From Patescibacteria group bacterium (GTDB lineage Bacteria; Patescibacteriota; Patescibacteriia; 2-01-FULL-39-33): a DNA stretch of 64,000 nt. How positions within the stretch are numbered: the stretch's first letter is position 1; each line of letters opens with the position of its first letter. Positions 17,697-26,409 of this stretch are shown here, one piece after another. The DNA lies in the NCBI GenBank assembly GCA_041662745.1, contig JBAZRV010000005.1, positions 6,605 to 70,604 of the forward strand. The letters are read 5' to 3'. The notes below the pieces were generated by a model. That model saw nothing but the letters and a program-made list of their open reading frames with translations, ran no database searches and had not been told where the DNA came from. Made by a program: the position numbers and the translations under genes.

Positions 17697-18877
17697 TCAT
17701 CCTCGGATTCCCCAGACCTATCTTCCTTTACCTCCCCCGCAAATTCTTCATAAGATCCGACTTTAGTGAAGTCAATGTCATATTTTCCTTCTCCAATTTT
17801 GTATATTACGACTGAGTCCAAGCCGATCTCCTCTAATTTGCCATAAGTCAAAAGATCTCTTTCTTTCAGATCCAGTATGTCTCGAAGAAGCCACTGGCCC
17901 AGTGCCGAATTAGGATTGCTCATCAACGCCTTTGATCCGTCCTGGCATACCTTGGCTGACATTTCAGCGCCATTCGGCAGGAGCAGGGTGAATGAAGTGT
18001 CGCGCGGAGGGAAAAATCCCGGATATTCAGAATGTATCAATGCCGGGATCGGAATATACACTTCATCAGGATTTCTCGGCCTGCCTAAGGCATTCCATTG
18101 ATTGAGTCCGCTCCTGGCCGGCACTTCTTTAATTCCTTTTTTTGATGAATAAAGCGGAAGAAAAACATGAGTAAGAGCCTTAATGGGCGCAAAAACAACT
18201 TCCCGTTCAACTTTCCTGAAAACATTTTCAAGCGCATCAAAGGGATTCTCCAGTATTTTTACCGGAAAATCCAATAATGCATCGGATAAATTAAACCTTT
18301 TGTATAATGTGCTCTTGGTCACATTGAAGGAGTACTCATTGCTGCCGTCGCTGAATGAAATCGCATTCGCATTCTTTCCTGATTTGATATTCCTTATTTT
18401 TGATAAATTTACCAGATCCATTCCTGATTCATAAACCAAAATACCGCCCTTTTTCCGAGTAACGCAGTGATACATCATTTTTTCCAAACCGAATATTCTT
18501 TTTGTCGCGTTAATCCGCTCATTCCTCAGCCCGGCTATCTTAATGACTTTTCCCTTATCATCCAAATTTCGGAATAAATTATGCTCGCTATTGAATTCAG
18601 CGATCTTCTGCATAGTCGCTCCATTGCCTTCAAGGAAAGTTTTGATTCCGATTCCAACTTTATTCTTAGCCGCATCAGCTGAACAGTCGGTTCTGGATAA
18701 ATTGTCGGCATTAAAAGACTTGCAAAATAAATTTTCTGCAATCCTGTATTGGATATACGGCTCCTGGCTTTCTGAAAACAAACGGGACAACGATCCGATC
18801 GTACGGAGCATCTCCTGATAATATGATATGCTTTTCTTGTCCTGCTTATTCAGAAACATATAATGATATTTTCTCAC
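17693..18877 (-). CDS. putative type II restriction endonuclease, cognate to the adjacent C5-MTase (function inferred from context)
   Basis: 394-aa ORF convergent with the MTase gene, 3' ends overlapping by 4 bp. No known motif recognised; the call rests on the dcm-vsr neighbourhood. Confidence 0.35.
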   Translation of the reverse strand: MRKYHYMFLNKQDKKSISYYQEMLRTIGSLSRLFSESQEPYIQYRIAENLFCKSFNADNLSRTDCSADAAKNKVGIGIKTFLEGNGATMQKIAEFNSEHNLFRNLDDKGKVIKIAGLRNERINATKRIFGLEKMMYHCVTRKKGGILVYESGMDLVNLSKIRNIKSGKNANAISFSDGSNEYSFNVTKSTLYKRFNLSDALLDFPVKILENPFDALENVFRKVEREVVFAPIKALTHVFLPLYSSKKGIKEVPARSGLNQWNALGRPRNPDEVYIPIPALIHSEYPGFFPPRDTSFTLLLPNGAEMSAKVCQDGSKALMSNPNSALGQWLLRDILDLKERDLLTYGKLEEIGLDSVVIYKIGEGKYDIDFTKVGSYEEFAGEVKEDRSGESEDD

Positions 18878-18920
18878 TTTACCGCTATTGTGTCAATTCG
18901 AATATAAACTGCCGAAAGCC

Positions 18921-18985
18921 AGTCTAGAACCAAAACGACCGGTTCGCCAGTGGCGGATCGGTCGCGCAGGAAAACAAGTTCTTGG
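18921..18985. repeat. third copy of the hairpin-plus-flank repeat (lacks the tRNA segment)
   Basis: gtctagaaccaaaacgaccgg is identical to 20869-20889. Followed by a different hairpin (ttcgccagtggcggat...cggtcg) and ggaaaacaagttc. Confidence 0.55.
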
Positions 18986-19018
18986 TTTTTATATTTGGAT
19001 ATAATAATGAAATTTAAT

Positions 19019-20050
19019 TTAGGTGGTAATCTCACCAACAATACTAGTATTAATCGCTCGTGATAAAGCTTTCGCTGATTTTAGTCCTTGTGCCAAAACC
19101 CACATAAATTTAACTTGAGCCATAACATCAGTTAAATCGCCAGCTGGAATAGCCCCCGCATCCAATGCTAATTTTCCTGGTTCATAAATATCCATATGGG
19201 TTTGACCGCCGACAAATTTAGTCGAAACAATAACTGGAATTTTAAGAACATTGACGGATTCACTGATAACTGGAAGAAGTGAGTACTCATTTTCACTCGG
19301 AACATTACCTGCACCCAATGATTTTAGTAACAAACCTTCGACCCCCCCCAATCGCAAAATTTTCGTAAGAATTTTTGGCTCTAGCCCTGGCACTAAATCA
19401 ATTGCAAGAATTCCTCGCTGGAATTCTGCATTAACTTTTAATGGTGTTTTTCTTTCCACCCTGAATGCTTCTGGAATAAAATGAACACCTACGGCGTCTA
19501 TCCTGGCTAAATGTGGAAAGGCTGGCGAATCAAATGCAGGGAATCTTGCTTCGCTGGTTTTTATAGCTCTGACGGCTCGCAGGACGCTATCGCTAAAACA
19601 AATCATTACTTCCGCAATTTTCTCATCGCAAGCTTGAAGAGCTGTCTTCATTGAATTTTCTAAATTGAAGCGTGCGTCTGTACCATAGGCAACTAAGGGA
19701 AGTTGTGAGCCCGTAAAGACAATAGGAATTTTTAACCCTCTACCAAGCGCAAGAGCAACACCGCCAGCTGTATATGTCATAGTGTCAGTACCATGCGTAA
19801 TAATAATAGCGTCCGCTTGATTATGGATTTCTTTGATTTTAAGGGCTAATTTTTTCCAATGGGTCGGGTTAATATTTGTGCTATCCAGACGTTCAAGCTC
19901 TAAGAAAGAAACATCTGCCATTTCTTGTAATGATGGAACTATAGCAAGAATCTCCTTTATGCTTTTAGCGGGCTTCAAAACTCCCGATGGGTCTGGAACC
20001 ATTGCAATAGTTCCGCCAAATCCTAGTATTACAATTTTTCGTTTCTTCAT
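19019..20050 (-). CDS. ansA: L-asparaginase, type I family
   Basis: Asparaginase signatures (ILGFGGTIAM and ITHGTDTMTYTAGGVALAL); full-length match of ~340 aa. Confidence 0.8.
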   Translation of the reverse strand: MKKRKIVILGFGGTIAMVPDPSGVLKPAKSIKEILAIVPSLQEMADVSFLELERLDSTNINPTHWKKLALKIKEIHNQADAIIITHGTDTMTYTAGGVALALGRGLKIPIVFTGSQLPLVAYGTDARFNLENSMKTALQACDEKIAEVMICFSDSVLRAVRAIKTSEARFPAFDSPAFPHLARIDAVGVHFIPEAFRVERKTPLKVNAEFQRGILAIDLVPGLEPKILTKILRLGGVEGLLLKSLGAGNVPSENEYSLLPVISESVNVLKIPVIVSTKFVGGQTHMDIYEPGKLALDAGAIPAGDLTDVMAQVKFMWVLAQGLKSAKALSRAINTSIVGEITT

Positions 20051-20053
20051 AAG

Positions 20054-20569
20054 TTATTTTTCGTTTATTTCTTTTGAGGCAATTATCTCACCGTCTTTTC
20101 TTTCATCAATAGTATAACCGACTTTGGCATGCCCTTGTTTTAATAATTCAGTTTCTGCTGGTTCTTCAGCGATTAATTTGCCAAAAACTAAGCTGCAATC
20201 ATTTGCCCGAGCGACAGAGTCAGCGATTCCAAGCAGCTGCTCGCCGATTTTTTTACCTCGCAAATCAGGCCTGACGTATCTATCCGCAATATACAAATAA
20301 TTAGCCGAACTGCCATCTTTTTTATTATAAATTTTAAACAGTTTTAGATTTATAAAATAACGTTGATCTTCGCCTGTAAGATTGATTCTGTAGGCGGTCG
20401 ATTTCGCTAAATCAACATCCAATAACTTTACGCCAACGGTTATAAGTTCGGAATAATTGTTTATCTTGCCTAATCTGGTTTCCAGAGCTTGAATTTGGCC
20501 ATCGACTCTGATTCGATATTCATCATCAACAATTAAGCTGTAATCCCTAGTTACGGCAGAATCATACAA
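20054..20569 (-). CDS. putative GNAT-family N-acetyltransferase
   Basis: Acetyl-CoA-binding motif-A-like segment (YVRPDLRGKKIGEQLLGIA). Its stop is 4 bp upstream of ansA. Confidence 0.4.
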   Translation of the reverse strand: MYDSAVTRDYSLIVDDEYRIRVDGQIQALETRLGKINNYSELITVGVKLLDVDLAKSTAYRINLTGEDQRYFINLKLFKIYNKKDGSSANYLYIADRYVRPDLRGKKIGEQLLGIADSVARANDCSLVFGKLIAEEPAETELLKQGHAKVGYTIDERKDGEIIASKEINEK

Positions 20570-20880
20570 GGTGCTGTCTTTAGCCGCCTGGATAAATTTA
20601 ATATATATTTGTTTAGTGGCTCCAATAGTTTATCGCGCCATGCCTTCAGCCGATGACAAAAGACGTTCTCTTTCAGCCAAAGACAACTCGGACAACCTTT
20701 CTGGATTGTGCAAATAATCGGCTAATTGGGGCTCGCCTTCATACTGTTCCCGATCCTCGTAACGTCCAAATTTTTCCATAAATATCATTCATTTATATGT
20801 GTATTATACACTATTTTAACTAAAAACAAAAGTCGAACGAACTAACTTCGAACTTTGCCCCCAATCGGTCTAGAACCAAA

Positions 20881-20946
20881 ACGACCGGCATTCATGACGA
20901 ATGTCGGTCGTTTGGAAAACAAGTTCAAAGCTCAGCGGACTGGATT
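20881..20946. repeat. proximal copy of the 66-bp direct repeat (attL-like), overlapping the 3' end of tRNA-Asn
   Basis: Matches 5664-5729 at 62/66 positions. Positions 20931-20946 are the tRNA 3' end. Confidence 0.7.
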
Positions 20947-21002
20947 CGAACCAGTAACCTACCGGTTAACAGCCGGTTGCTCTACCATTGAGCTACCGCT
21001 GA
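20931..21002 (-). tRNA. tRNA-Asn (anticodon GTT)
   Basis: Manual fold: TCAGCGG/CCGCTGA acceptor stem, GCTC-AATGGTA-GAGC D arm, ACCGG-CTGTTAA-CCGGT anticodon arm (GTT), ACTGG-TTCGAAT-CCAGT T arm, discriminator G. CCA is not encoded. Confidence 0.85.
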
Positions 21003-21039
21003 ACCTTGAACTTGTTTTATTTTTTTAAGTTCATCCAAT

Positions 21040-21215
21040 TTAACAGCCGGCGAGCCGGTTGCTCTTCCTGGGCAGCGCTGAACGCTCCCATTGGTCGCGT
21101 TCATCGACACTCGACTTCGCCTTGAGGCTCGTCTTGTTTCTGCCCGTCCATCCGCTAAAGCGGATCGGACCCATTTCGCTACCGCTGAACCTTGGACTTG
21201 TTTTATCGATCAAAA
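21040..21215 (-). other. tRNA-like structured leader or pseudo-tRNA fragment between the promoter and tRNA-Asn
   Basis: Repeats the tRNA 5' end plus 17-nt upstream flank (ataaaacaagtccaaggttcagcggtagc, 28/29 identical) and an anticodon-arm-like element (gagcaaccggctCGCCGGctgttaa). No T arm. GC-rich with several hairpins. Confidence 0.5.
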
Positions 21216-21225
21216 ATAACTTAAT

Positions 21226-21254
21226 TATATTAGCAAAAAAATCGCCGTTTGTCA
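21226..21254 (-). promoter_or_regulatory. sigma-70-type promoter driving the leader and tRNA-Asn
   Basis: On the minus strand: TTGACA, a 17-nt spacer, TAATAT, immediately upstream of the tRNA-like leader. Confidence 0.55.
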
Positions 21255-21277
21255 ATAATTTACCGGCTGTGGAAAAC

Positions 21278-22537
21278 TTAGTAATCCCTTAATTTTTCTA
21301 TTCCTTGGATTTTTTCAATCTTCTCCAGCGCCTTGGCTTCAATCTGGCGGATGCGCTCGCGGGTAACGTCAAACTCCTTGCCCACCTCTTCCAGCGTATG
21401 CGCCACGCCGTCGCGCAGACCGAAACGCATTTCCAACACCTTTTGTTCGCGCGGCGTCAACTCGCTGATCACCTGCCGGACATAATCGCTCAAGATGCGC
21501 AAAGCGGCGGCGCGATCCGGCGTCAGCGTCTTCTGGTCTTCAATAAAATCCTCCAGCACCGAATCTTCACTGTCGTCGCCCACGGGCGTGCCCAGCGATA
21601 TCGTCTCTTGCGAAATCTTTAAAATATGCAAAACCTTTTCCAGCTCCTCGCCCATTTCCGCGGCGATCTCTTCGGGCATGGGTTCGCGCCCCAGATCCTG
21701 CACCAAGCGCCGTTCCACTTGCTGAAAACGATTGATGTTCTCCACCATATGGACGGGAATGCGGATAGTGCGCGACTGATCGGCCAGCGACCGGGTAATG
21801 GCCTGGCGAATCCACCAAGTGGCGTAAGTGGAAAACTTATAGCCCTTATGATAGTCAAACTTTTCTACGGCGCGGAACAAGCCGATGTTGCCTTCCTGAA
21901 TCAGATCCAACAGCGACAGATTCTTGCCGGTGAACTTTTTGGCAATGGAAACCACCAGGCGCAGATTGGCCTTGATCAGTTTTTGTTTGGCTTCCACATC
22001 GCCCCGTTCAATCCGTTTGGCCAAAGAGATTTCTTCTTCGGTGTGCAACAAGGGCACCTTGCCGATTTCGCGCAGATACATCTGAATGGAATCGGCGGAA
22101 ATGTCGCCCAAATCAATATTCTCCCCCAAAGTAATCTTGGCGGCTTTCTTTTCCTTGGCGGTCAGTGGCGGTGGCGGTACGCCGGTCGGCGGTTTGCCCA
22201 GCAAGGACGGCGTTTCCACGACGGCGATATTGGCATAATCCAAATCATCCAGTATGCCTTCGTACTGGTCAACGTATTCCTCTATCTCCGGGTAGAGCAA
22301 CGCCAATTCCTGCTCGGTTACAAAACCGCGGATCCTGCCCTTCTTCATTACCGCTTCAATCTCCAGCGGATTGGGCAGAACTGCCTGATGCGCCGTTTCT
22401 TTGGCTCGCGCTTTGGCCTGGTGCGGTTTCTTGCCCCTGGCCGGCTTGCGCGCTTTGCTCGGCTTGCGCGCCGGCTTCTTCTTGGCCTTGGCTTTGACCG
22501 GCTTCTTGGCCGGTTTTTTCTTTTTTATTTTTGGCAT
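21278..22537 (-). CDS. rpoD: RNA polymerase sigma factor RpoD (sigma-70) with lysine-rich N-terminal extension
   Basis: Regions 2-4 conserved ([32 protein letters not shown]; region 4.2 [24 protein letters not shown]). N-terminal ~50 aa are K/A/P-rich. Confidence 0.9.
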   Translation of the reverse strand: MPKIKKKKPAKKPVKAKAKKKPARKPSKARKPARGKKPHQAKARAKETAHQAVLPNPLEIEAVMKKGRIRGFVTEQELALLYPEIEEYVDQYEGILDDLDYANIAVVETPSLLGKPPTGVPPPPLTAKEKKAAKITLGENIDLGDISADSIQMYLREIGKVPLLHTEEEISLAKRIERGDVEAKQKLIKANLRLVVSIAKKFTGKNLSLLDLIQEGNIGLFRAVEKFDYHKGYKFSTYATWWIRQAITRSLADQSRTIRIPVHMVENINRFQQVERRLVQDLGREPMPEEIAAEMGEELEKVLHILKISQETISLGTPVGDDSEDSVLEDFIEDQKTLTPDRAAALRILSDYVRQVISELTPREQKVLEMRFGLRDGVAHTLEEVGKEFDVTRERIRQIEAKALEKIEKIQGIEKLRDY

Positions 22538-22561
22538 GACGAATTGTTTTTAGAATAAAAA

Positions 22562-24487
22562 CTAAACCGCTGATTTCTTTTTGATCAGCTCGGACAGCTC
22601 CAAATAAATATTCTCGGCTGACGCAGTGTCGCCGGTTTTCTCCGCTTCATCCAACTTTAGCTTGAGGCGGGAAATCATGACGTTAAAATAGTTGCTTTTA
22701 AGCAACCTGATAAGGGTATCAAGTTCATTTTTCGCTTCTTTGGCGTCCAGACCGGCAAAATCCTTCTGCGCCAAAAGATACGATTGTTCGAGTGTTTTAA
22801 GCGCCAGCTCGCTCACGGCTTGGGTTTTGACCCAGTCATAAAACAGGTCAAATATGGTTTGTTCCTCCCGTTCGGCGGCGCTGATGGAAAACAGTTCGTT
22901 ATTTACAGTATAAAATAAAATAATTTTTTTGTAAAGATCTTCGGCCAACGGATCAATCCAAAGTTCCGGTTCAAGGTAATCGCCCAATTTGGCCAAAAAG
23001 TCGGGAAACATCCAAATTAACGCCAAAACCCTCATAAACATCAACAAATCCCGGTCATTTATCGTATTCTGAGGCGCGGCTTGCCTAACGGCATCCTGGG
23101 GCCTGACAGGGGCCTTGGACGGGGCTTTTTGGACATTCTTAAGCTGGGAAACGCGATCCCGAAAATCATCCTCCCGAATGTTGAGCCGATTGCCGATTTC
23201 ATGGATCCAGTAGCCTCTTTCAACGGGGTCATCAATTTTGGCTATCTTTTCGCCGAGAAAAGAAGCGATTTGTTTTTTTACCGCCAGATCATTCGGGTCT
23301 TTGTCCTTGACCGTTGACTGCCAAAAATATTCCAGCGCCGGTTGCGCTTTATTAATCGCCTCCGCCCAATCCGCCGGATTATTCTTCAGGCACTCATCGG
23401 GATCTTTGCCGCTGGGAATGGTAATGACTTTGGAATTATAATTCAGGGCCGGATCAATGAACTGCGACAGCTTGCCGTGCCTGTCAAGGGAACTGACAAT
23501 CCTGTCTTCCTTCTCAATATCCCGAACCAGCTCTTCGCCGCGATCGGTGGCTTTCTGGCCGGCCGAATCGGCGTCCAAAGCGAAATAAATATTATTAGTG
23601 TAACGCTTGAGCAATTGCAACTGATCTTTGGTCAAAGCCGTACCCGAAGAAGCGACCGTGTTTTTGAAACCGTATTGATGGCAACTGACCGCATCCATTT
23701 GGCCCTCCACCACCACGGCGCAGTCCTGTTTTCTGATTTCATTCTTGGCTTGATACAAGGCAAAGACGATGGCGCTTTTGTTGTAAATATCGGTCTGAGG
23801 CGTATTGACGTATTTGGCCGGCTCGTCTTTGGACAATGTCCGGCCGGTGAAACCGCAGACTCGGCCGTTGTGGTCAACGATGGGAAACATGATGCGATTC
23901 CGGAAACGGTCATAATACCCGCTTCCCCGATCCTTCCTGATGGTAAACCCGGCGGAAAATATTTCCTGTTCGGCGAACCCCCGCTTCCTCAAAAACTCAA
24001 ACAGATTGCTCCAGTCGTCAATGGCATAACCGATTTTAAAATTCTCCATCGTTTCTTCACTGACGCTCCGGCCGGCCAGATAATCGCGCGCCGTTTGCGC
24101 CCGCGGAGATTCTTGCAACACTTTCTGCCAATACCGGGCGGCCAAATCGCAAACATCGTACAGATTGTTTTTTCTGCTGGCGATTTCCGGCCGATGGCGC
24201 GACAAAGTAACGCCGGCTTTCTGCGCTAAGATTTTCAAGGCTTCGGGAAAATCCATGTTTTCCAGCTTCATCAGGAATTCAAAAATATCTCCGCCCGCAC
24301 CGCAACCGAAGCAATGCCAACTGCCCCGGGCCGGCGAGACCATTAGCGACGGCGTCTTCTCATTATGGAAGGGGCAGAGCGCTTTGTACGCTCCCGCGCC
24401 GGCCGGCACCAATTTCAAGTATTCGCCGAGGAGCTCGGCGACGTCAATCTTGGCTTTGATTTGTTCTATTTCGGGACTGGAAGACAT
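22562..24487 (-). CDS. dnaG: DNA primase DnaG
   Basis: Zinc-ribbon (CPFHNEKTPSLMVSPARGSWHCFGCGAGGD), TOPRIM region (VVVEGQMDAV, DADSAGQKA). The dnaG-rpoD arrangement is typical. Confidence 0.9.
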   Translation of the reverse strand: MSSSPEIEQIKAKIDVAELLGEYLKLVPAGAGAYKALCPFHNEKTPSLMVSPARGSWHCFGCGAGGDIFEFLMKLENMDFPEALKILAQKAGVTLSRHRPEIASRKNNLYDVCDLAARYWQKVLQESPRAQTARDYLAGRSVSEETMENFKIGYAIDDWSNLFEFLRKRGFAEQEIFSAGFTIRKDRGSGYYDRFRNRIMFPIVDHNGRVCGFTGRTLSKDEPAKYVNTPQTDIYNKSAIVFALYQAKNEIRKQDCAVVVEGQMDAVSCHQYGFKNTVASSGTALTKDQLQLLKRYTNNIYFALDADSAGQKATDRGEELVRDIEKEDRIVSSLDRHGKLSQFIDPALNYNSKVITIPSGKDPDECLKNNPADWAEAINKAQPALEYFWQSTVKDKDPNDLAVKKQIASFLGEKIAKIDDPVERGYWIHEIGNRLNIREDDFRDRVSQLKNVQKAPSKAPVRPQDAVRQAAPQNTINDRDLLMFMRVLALIWMFPDFLAKLGDYLEPELWIDPLAEDLYKKIILFYTVNNELFSISAAEREEQTIFDLFYDWVKTQAVSELALKTLEQSYLLAQKDFAGLDAKEAKNELDTLIRLLKSNYFNVMISRLKLKLDEAEKTGDTASAENIYLELSELIKKKSAV

Positions 24488-24636
24488 ATTATTACTTAGA
24501 TATCATACAATAAATACGCCGGTTTAAGCAATATTGACAAGAGGCGCTTAAAAATGATAATATCCGACATTAGAGTTCTTTACAACTGAACAGAAAAACA
24601 TAAACAAAACCGCCCACGGGCAAGAAGGAGAAAAAC

Positions 24637-25203
24637 ATGGATTTAATGTGTAACGACGCAATCAGGGCGACGCTTGGGTCTTTTGCGGATGTGAGATATA
24701 AATATTTGGACTGGGGCTTGTTCCTTATCAGTGGTCCAAACAGTGCTGAAAGAGCTGAGATTCTGGCCAAGATAAAACGCCAGCTTCAATTTAATTTGGA
24801 TCAAACCTTGATAATTACCGCCATGACGCAATTTTCAAACGGTCAACTGTTAGTCAATTTTGATTCTGTTACCGCTCCAGCCAACCCCTCCATCAATCTT
24901 TCTGCCGATCCTCCGGCCGGTCCTTCCGTTGATCTTCCCGCCTGTCCTTCCACCAATCTTCCCGCCGAAAATAAAAAAAGGATTTTTCTTTACCACGCCT
25001 ATGATAGCAGTGGCAGAAAACCGGAACAAGGGACGATAATGGTTATCGCTACCGATGTAAACGCGGCTGATGAAACTTTAGCCGCCGCCGGGAAAAAATT
25101 AGCACTCTCTACGAATAGTATCTGCTGGGGTTGCGAGCTTAATGGCGTTGCCCTGCAAGAAACAAACGGCAATATCATCGCCTTGTTACCGCCATCGTAT
25201 TAA
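24637..25203 (+). CDS. hypothetical protein (proline-rich central repeat)
   Basis: RBS gaaggag 7 nt before the ATG. Internal repeat PANPSINLSADPPAGPSVDLPACPSTNLPA. No known domain. Confidence 0.45.
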   Translation: MDLMCNDAIRATLGSFADVRYKYLDWGLFLISGPNSAERAEILAKIKRQLQFNLDQTLIITAMTQFSNGQLLVNFDSVTAPANPSINLSADPPAGPSVDLPACPSTNLPAENKKRIFLYHAYDSSGRKPEQGTIMVIATDVNAADETLAAAGKKLALSTNSICWGCELNGVALQETNGNIIALLPPSY

Positions 25204-25233
25204 GTTGAGGCAAAAAAACGAAGGGAGGAAGAA

Positions 25234-25689
25234 ATGAAAAACCATACAAGCGAAGCCAAGGATGAGCAGGGTACTCTCGGACAATTGTTGCGGGAAAAAG
25301 TCAAAGCCGGCAAACAAGCAAGGGAAGCTAAGGAACAAGAAGAACAACGCAAACGACTGGAACCGTTTATTAGCCGAGCTAACGATCTGATCAAGGAATT
25401 GCCCCGGATACTGGCAGAACGGGCGGATGAAGGAGCAACCAGTCACAACTTTCAATTCATTATCTTGCGTGATTTATTAAAAGATGAAATTAGCAGACTC
25501 GGCGATGAACGCCACCAACCGCCCATAGATCAACGAATTATTGATTTATTCCGAAATGCTTATCTAACGCGATTTGTGCCTACTGCCGGAAAATTGCTTG
25601 GGGATTTCTGCAAGGATAATGATTTGGAGTACGATGATACATTACAAGAAACCCTCGGTCAAATCAGCGTTATCATCAGTTGGAAATAA
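25234..25689 (+). CDS. hypothetical protein
   Basis: RBS gggaggaag before the ATG; charged helical protein; no known domain. Confidence 0.45.
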   Translation: MKNHTSEAKDEQGTLGQLLREKVKAGKQAREAKEQEEQRKRLEPFISRANDLIKELPRILAERADEGATSHNFQFIILRDLLKDEISRLGDERHQPPIDQRIIDLFRNAYLTRFVPTAGKLLGDFCKDNDLEYDDTLQETLGQISVIISWK

Positions 25690-25719
25690 AAACCCGCCAA
25701 AGCGGCAGGAGAATAAACT

Positions 25720-26328
25720 ATGCCTGAAGAAACGCCGAAGAACAAGCTTTATGAATTCCGTTGCTTCAGCCAAGTAACGGCCACCCAGGTAATAGCAATT
25801 GTGGCCGTTAATCTACAAACAGCTGTGGCAACCATGCTGAAGCACGGCTACCAAGTCGGTGGCGCTGACTTCTGGCTGGAACGAATCTATGACAAGGTTT
25901 TTGATCAAATCATCGTTACCGCTGAATCGGCGGAGTTATCCCCCGAGGACGCGGGATTGTCATCGCGGATTGAAAAAAACATCATCGAGCGATTGGAAGA
26001 ATACCAAATAGAAAATCTAAAAAAAGAATTGCAAGCGCAGACGCTTAAACAGTTCGCCGATTTCTTGGCTGGCGCGAAAAACAAAACACTGAAATGCCAT
26101 CCAGGGCTTTTGATGTTTGTCAGCCATCTAAAAACAAAGTCTGCTAATTGTTTCCCCGTCACCCTGGAACAAGTGCTGGCCTTGCCCCAATACAAAGAAC
26201 TTGATTCGTTTTGCCAAAATAACGGCTATCGGTTAGAGGTTGATTTAAGGAATGAGCCGCTGATTAACGAGGGATTGGATTTTCAAATTCTCTATGTTGG
26301 CGTAAAACGGAAAACACTGATAGACTAA
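25720..26328 (+). CDS. hypothetical protein
   Basis: RBS ggcaggag before the ATG; followed by a terminator hairpin; no known domain. Confidence 0.45.
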   Translation: MPEETPKNKLYEFRCFSQVTATQVIAIVAVNLQTAVATMLKHGYQVGGADFWLERIYDKVFDQIIVTAESAELSPEDAGLSSRIEKNIIERLEEYQIENLKKELQAQTLKQFADFLAGAKNKTLKCHPGLLMFVSHLKTKSANCFPVTLEQVLALPQYKELDSFCQNNGYRLEVDLRNEPLINEGLDFQILYVGVKRKTLID

Positions 26329-26356
26329 AAAAAATCTTTGTTAGCACCTTAAACAA

Positions 26357-26390
26357 AACCGCCACCCGGAAAGGGAGGCGGTGTTTTTAT
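26357..26390. terminator. bidirectional rho-independent terminator
   Basis: Hairpin ccgccacccggaaagggaggcgg followed by tgttttta. Lies between the 3' ends of the 25720-26328 (+) and dfx (-) genes. Confidence 0.65.
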
Positions 26391-26409
26391 TATTTTGCGC
26401 GACAGGAAA

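Noticed and set aside
19019-21002. Functional link between asparaginase (ansA) and the adjacent tRNA-Asn
   Set aside because: The juxtaposition is suggestive. However, the ansA-GNAT pair lies inside a repeat-bounded cassette that appears to be inserted at a tRNA integration hotspot, so the proximity is most simply coincidental.
21040-21215. Second tRNA gene with a long intron in the anticodon loop
   Set aside because: The 5' acceptor and D-arm start and an anticodon-arm-like element are present, but no T arm or 3' acceptor strand follows before the genuine tRNA-Asn. It does not fold as an intron-containing tRNA.
21626-22558. 310-aa ORF on the + strand (plus several other 60-110-aa ORFs) antisense to rpoD
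   Set aside because: It lies entirely within the well-supported rpoD gene on the opposite strand. GC-rich antisense frames commonly stay open, and it has no motifs or RBS.
23342-24229. 295-aa ORF on the + strand antisense to dnaG
   Set aside because: It overlaps the conserved DnaG coding region. The composition is a low-complexity G/A/R-rich antisense artefact.
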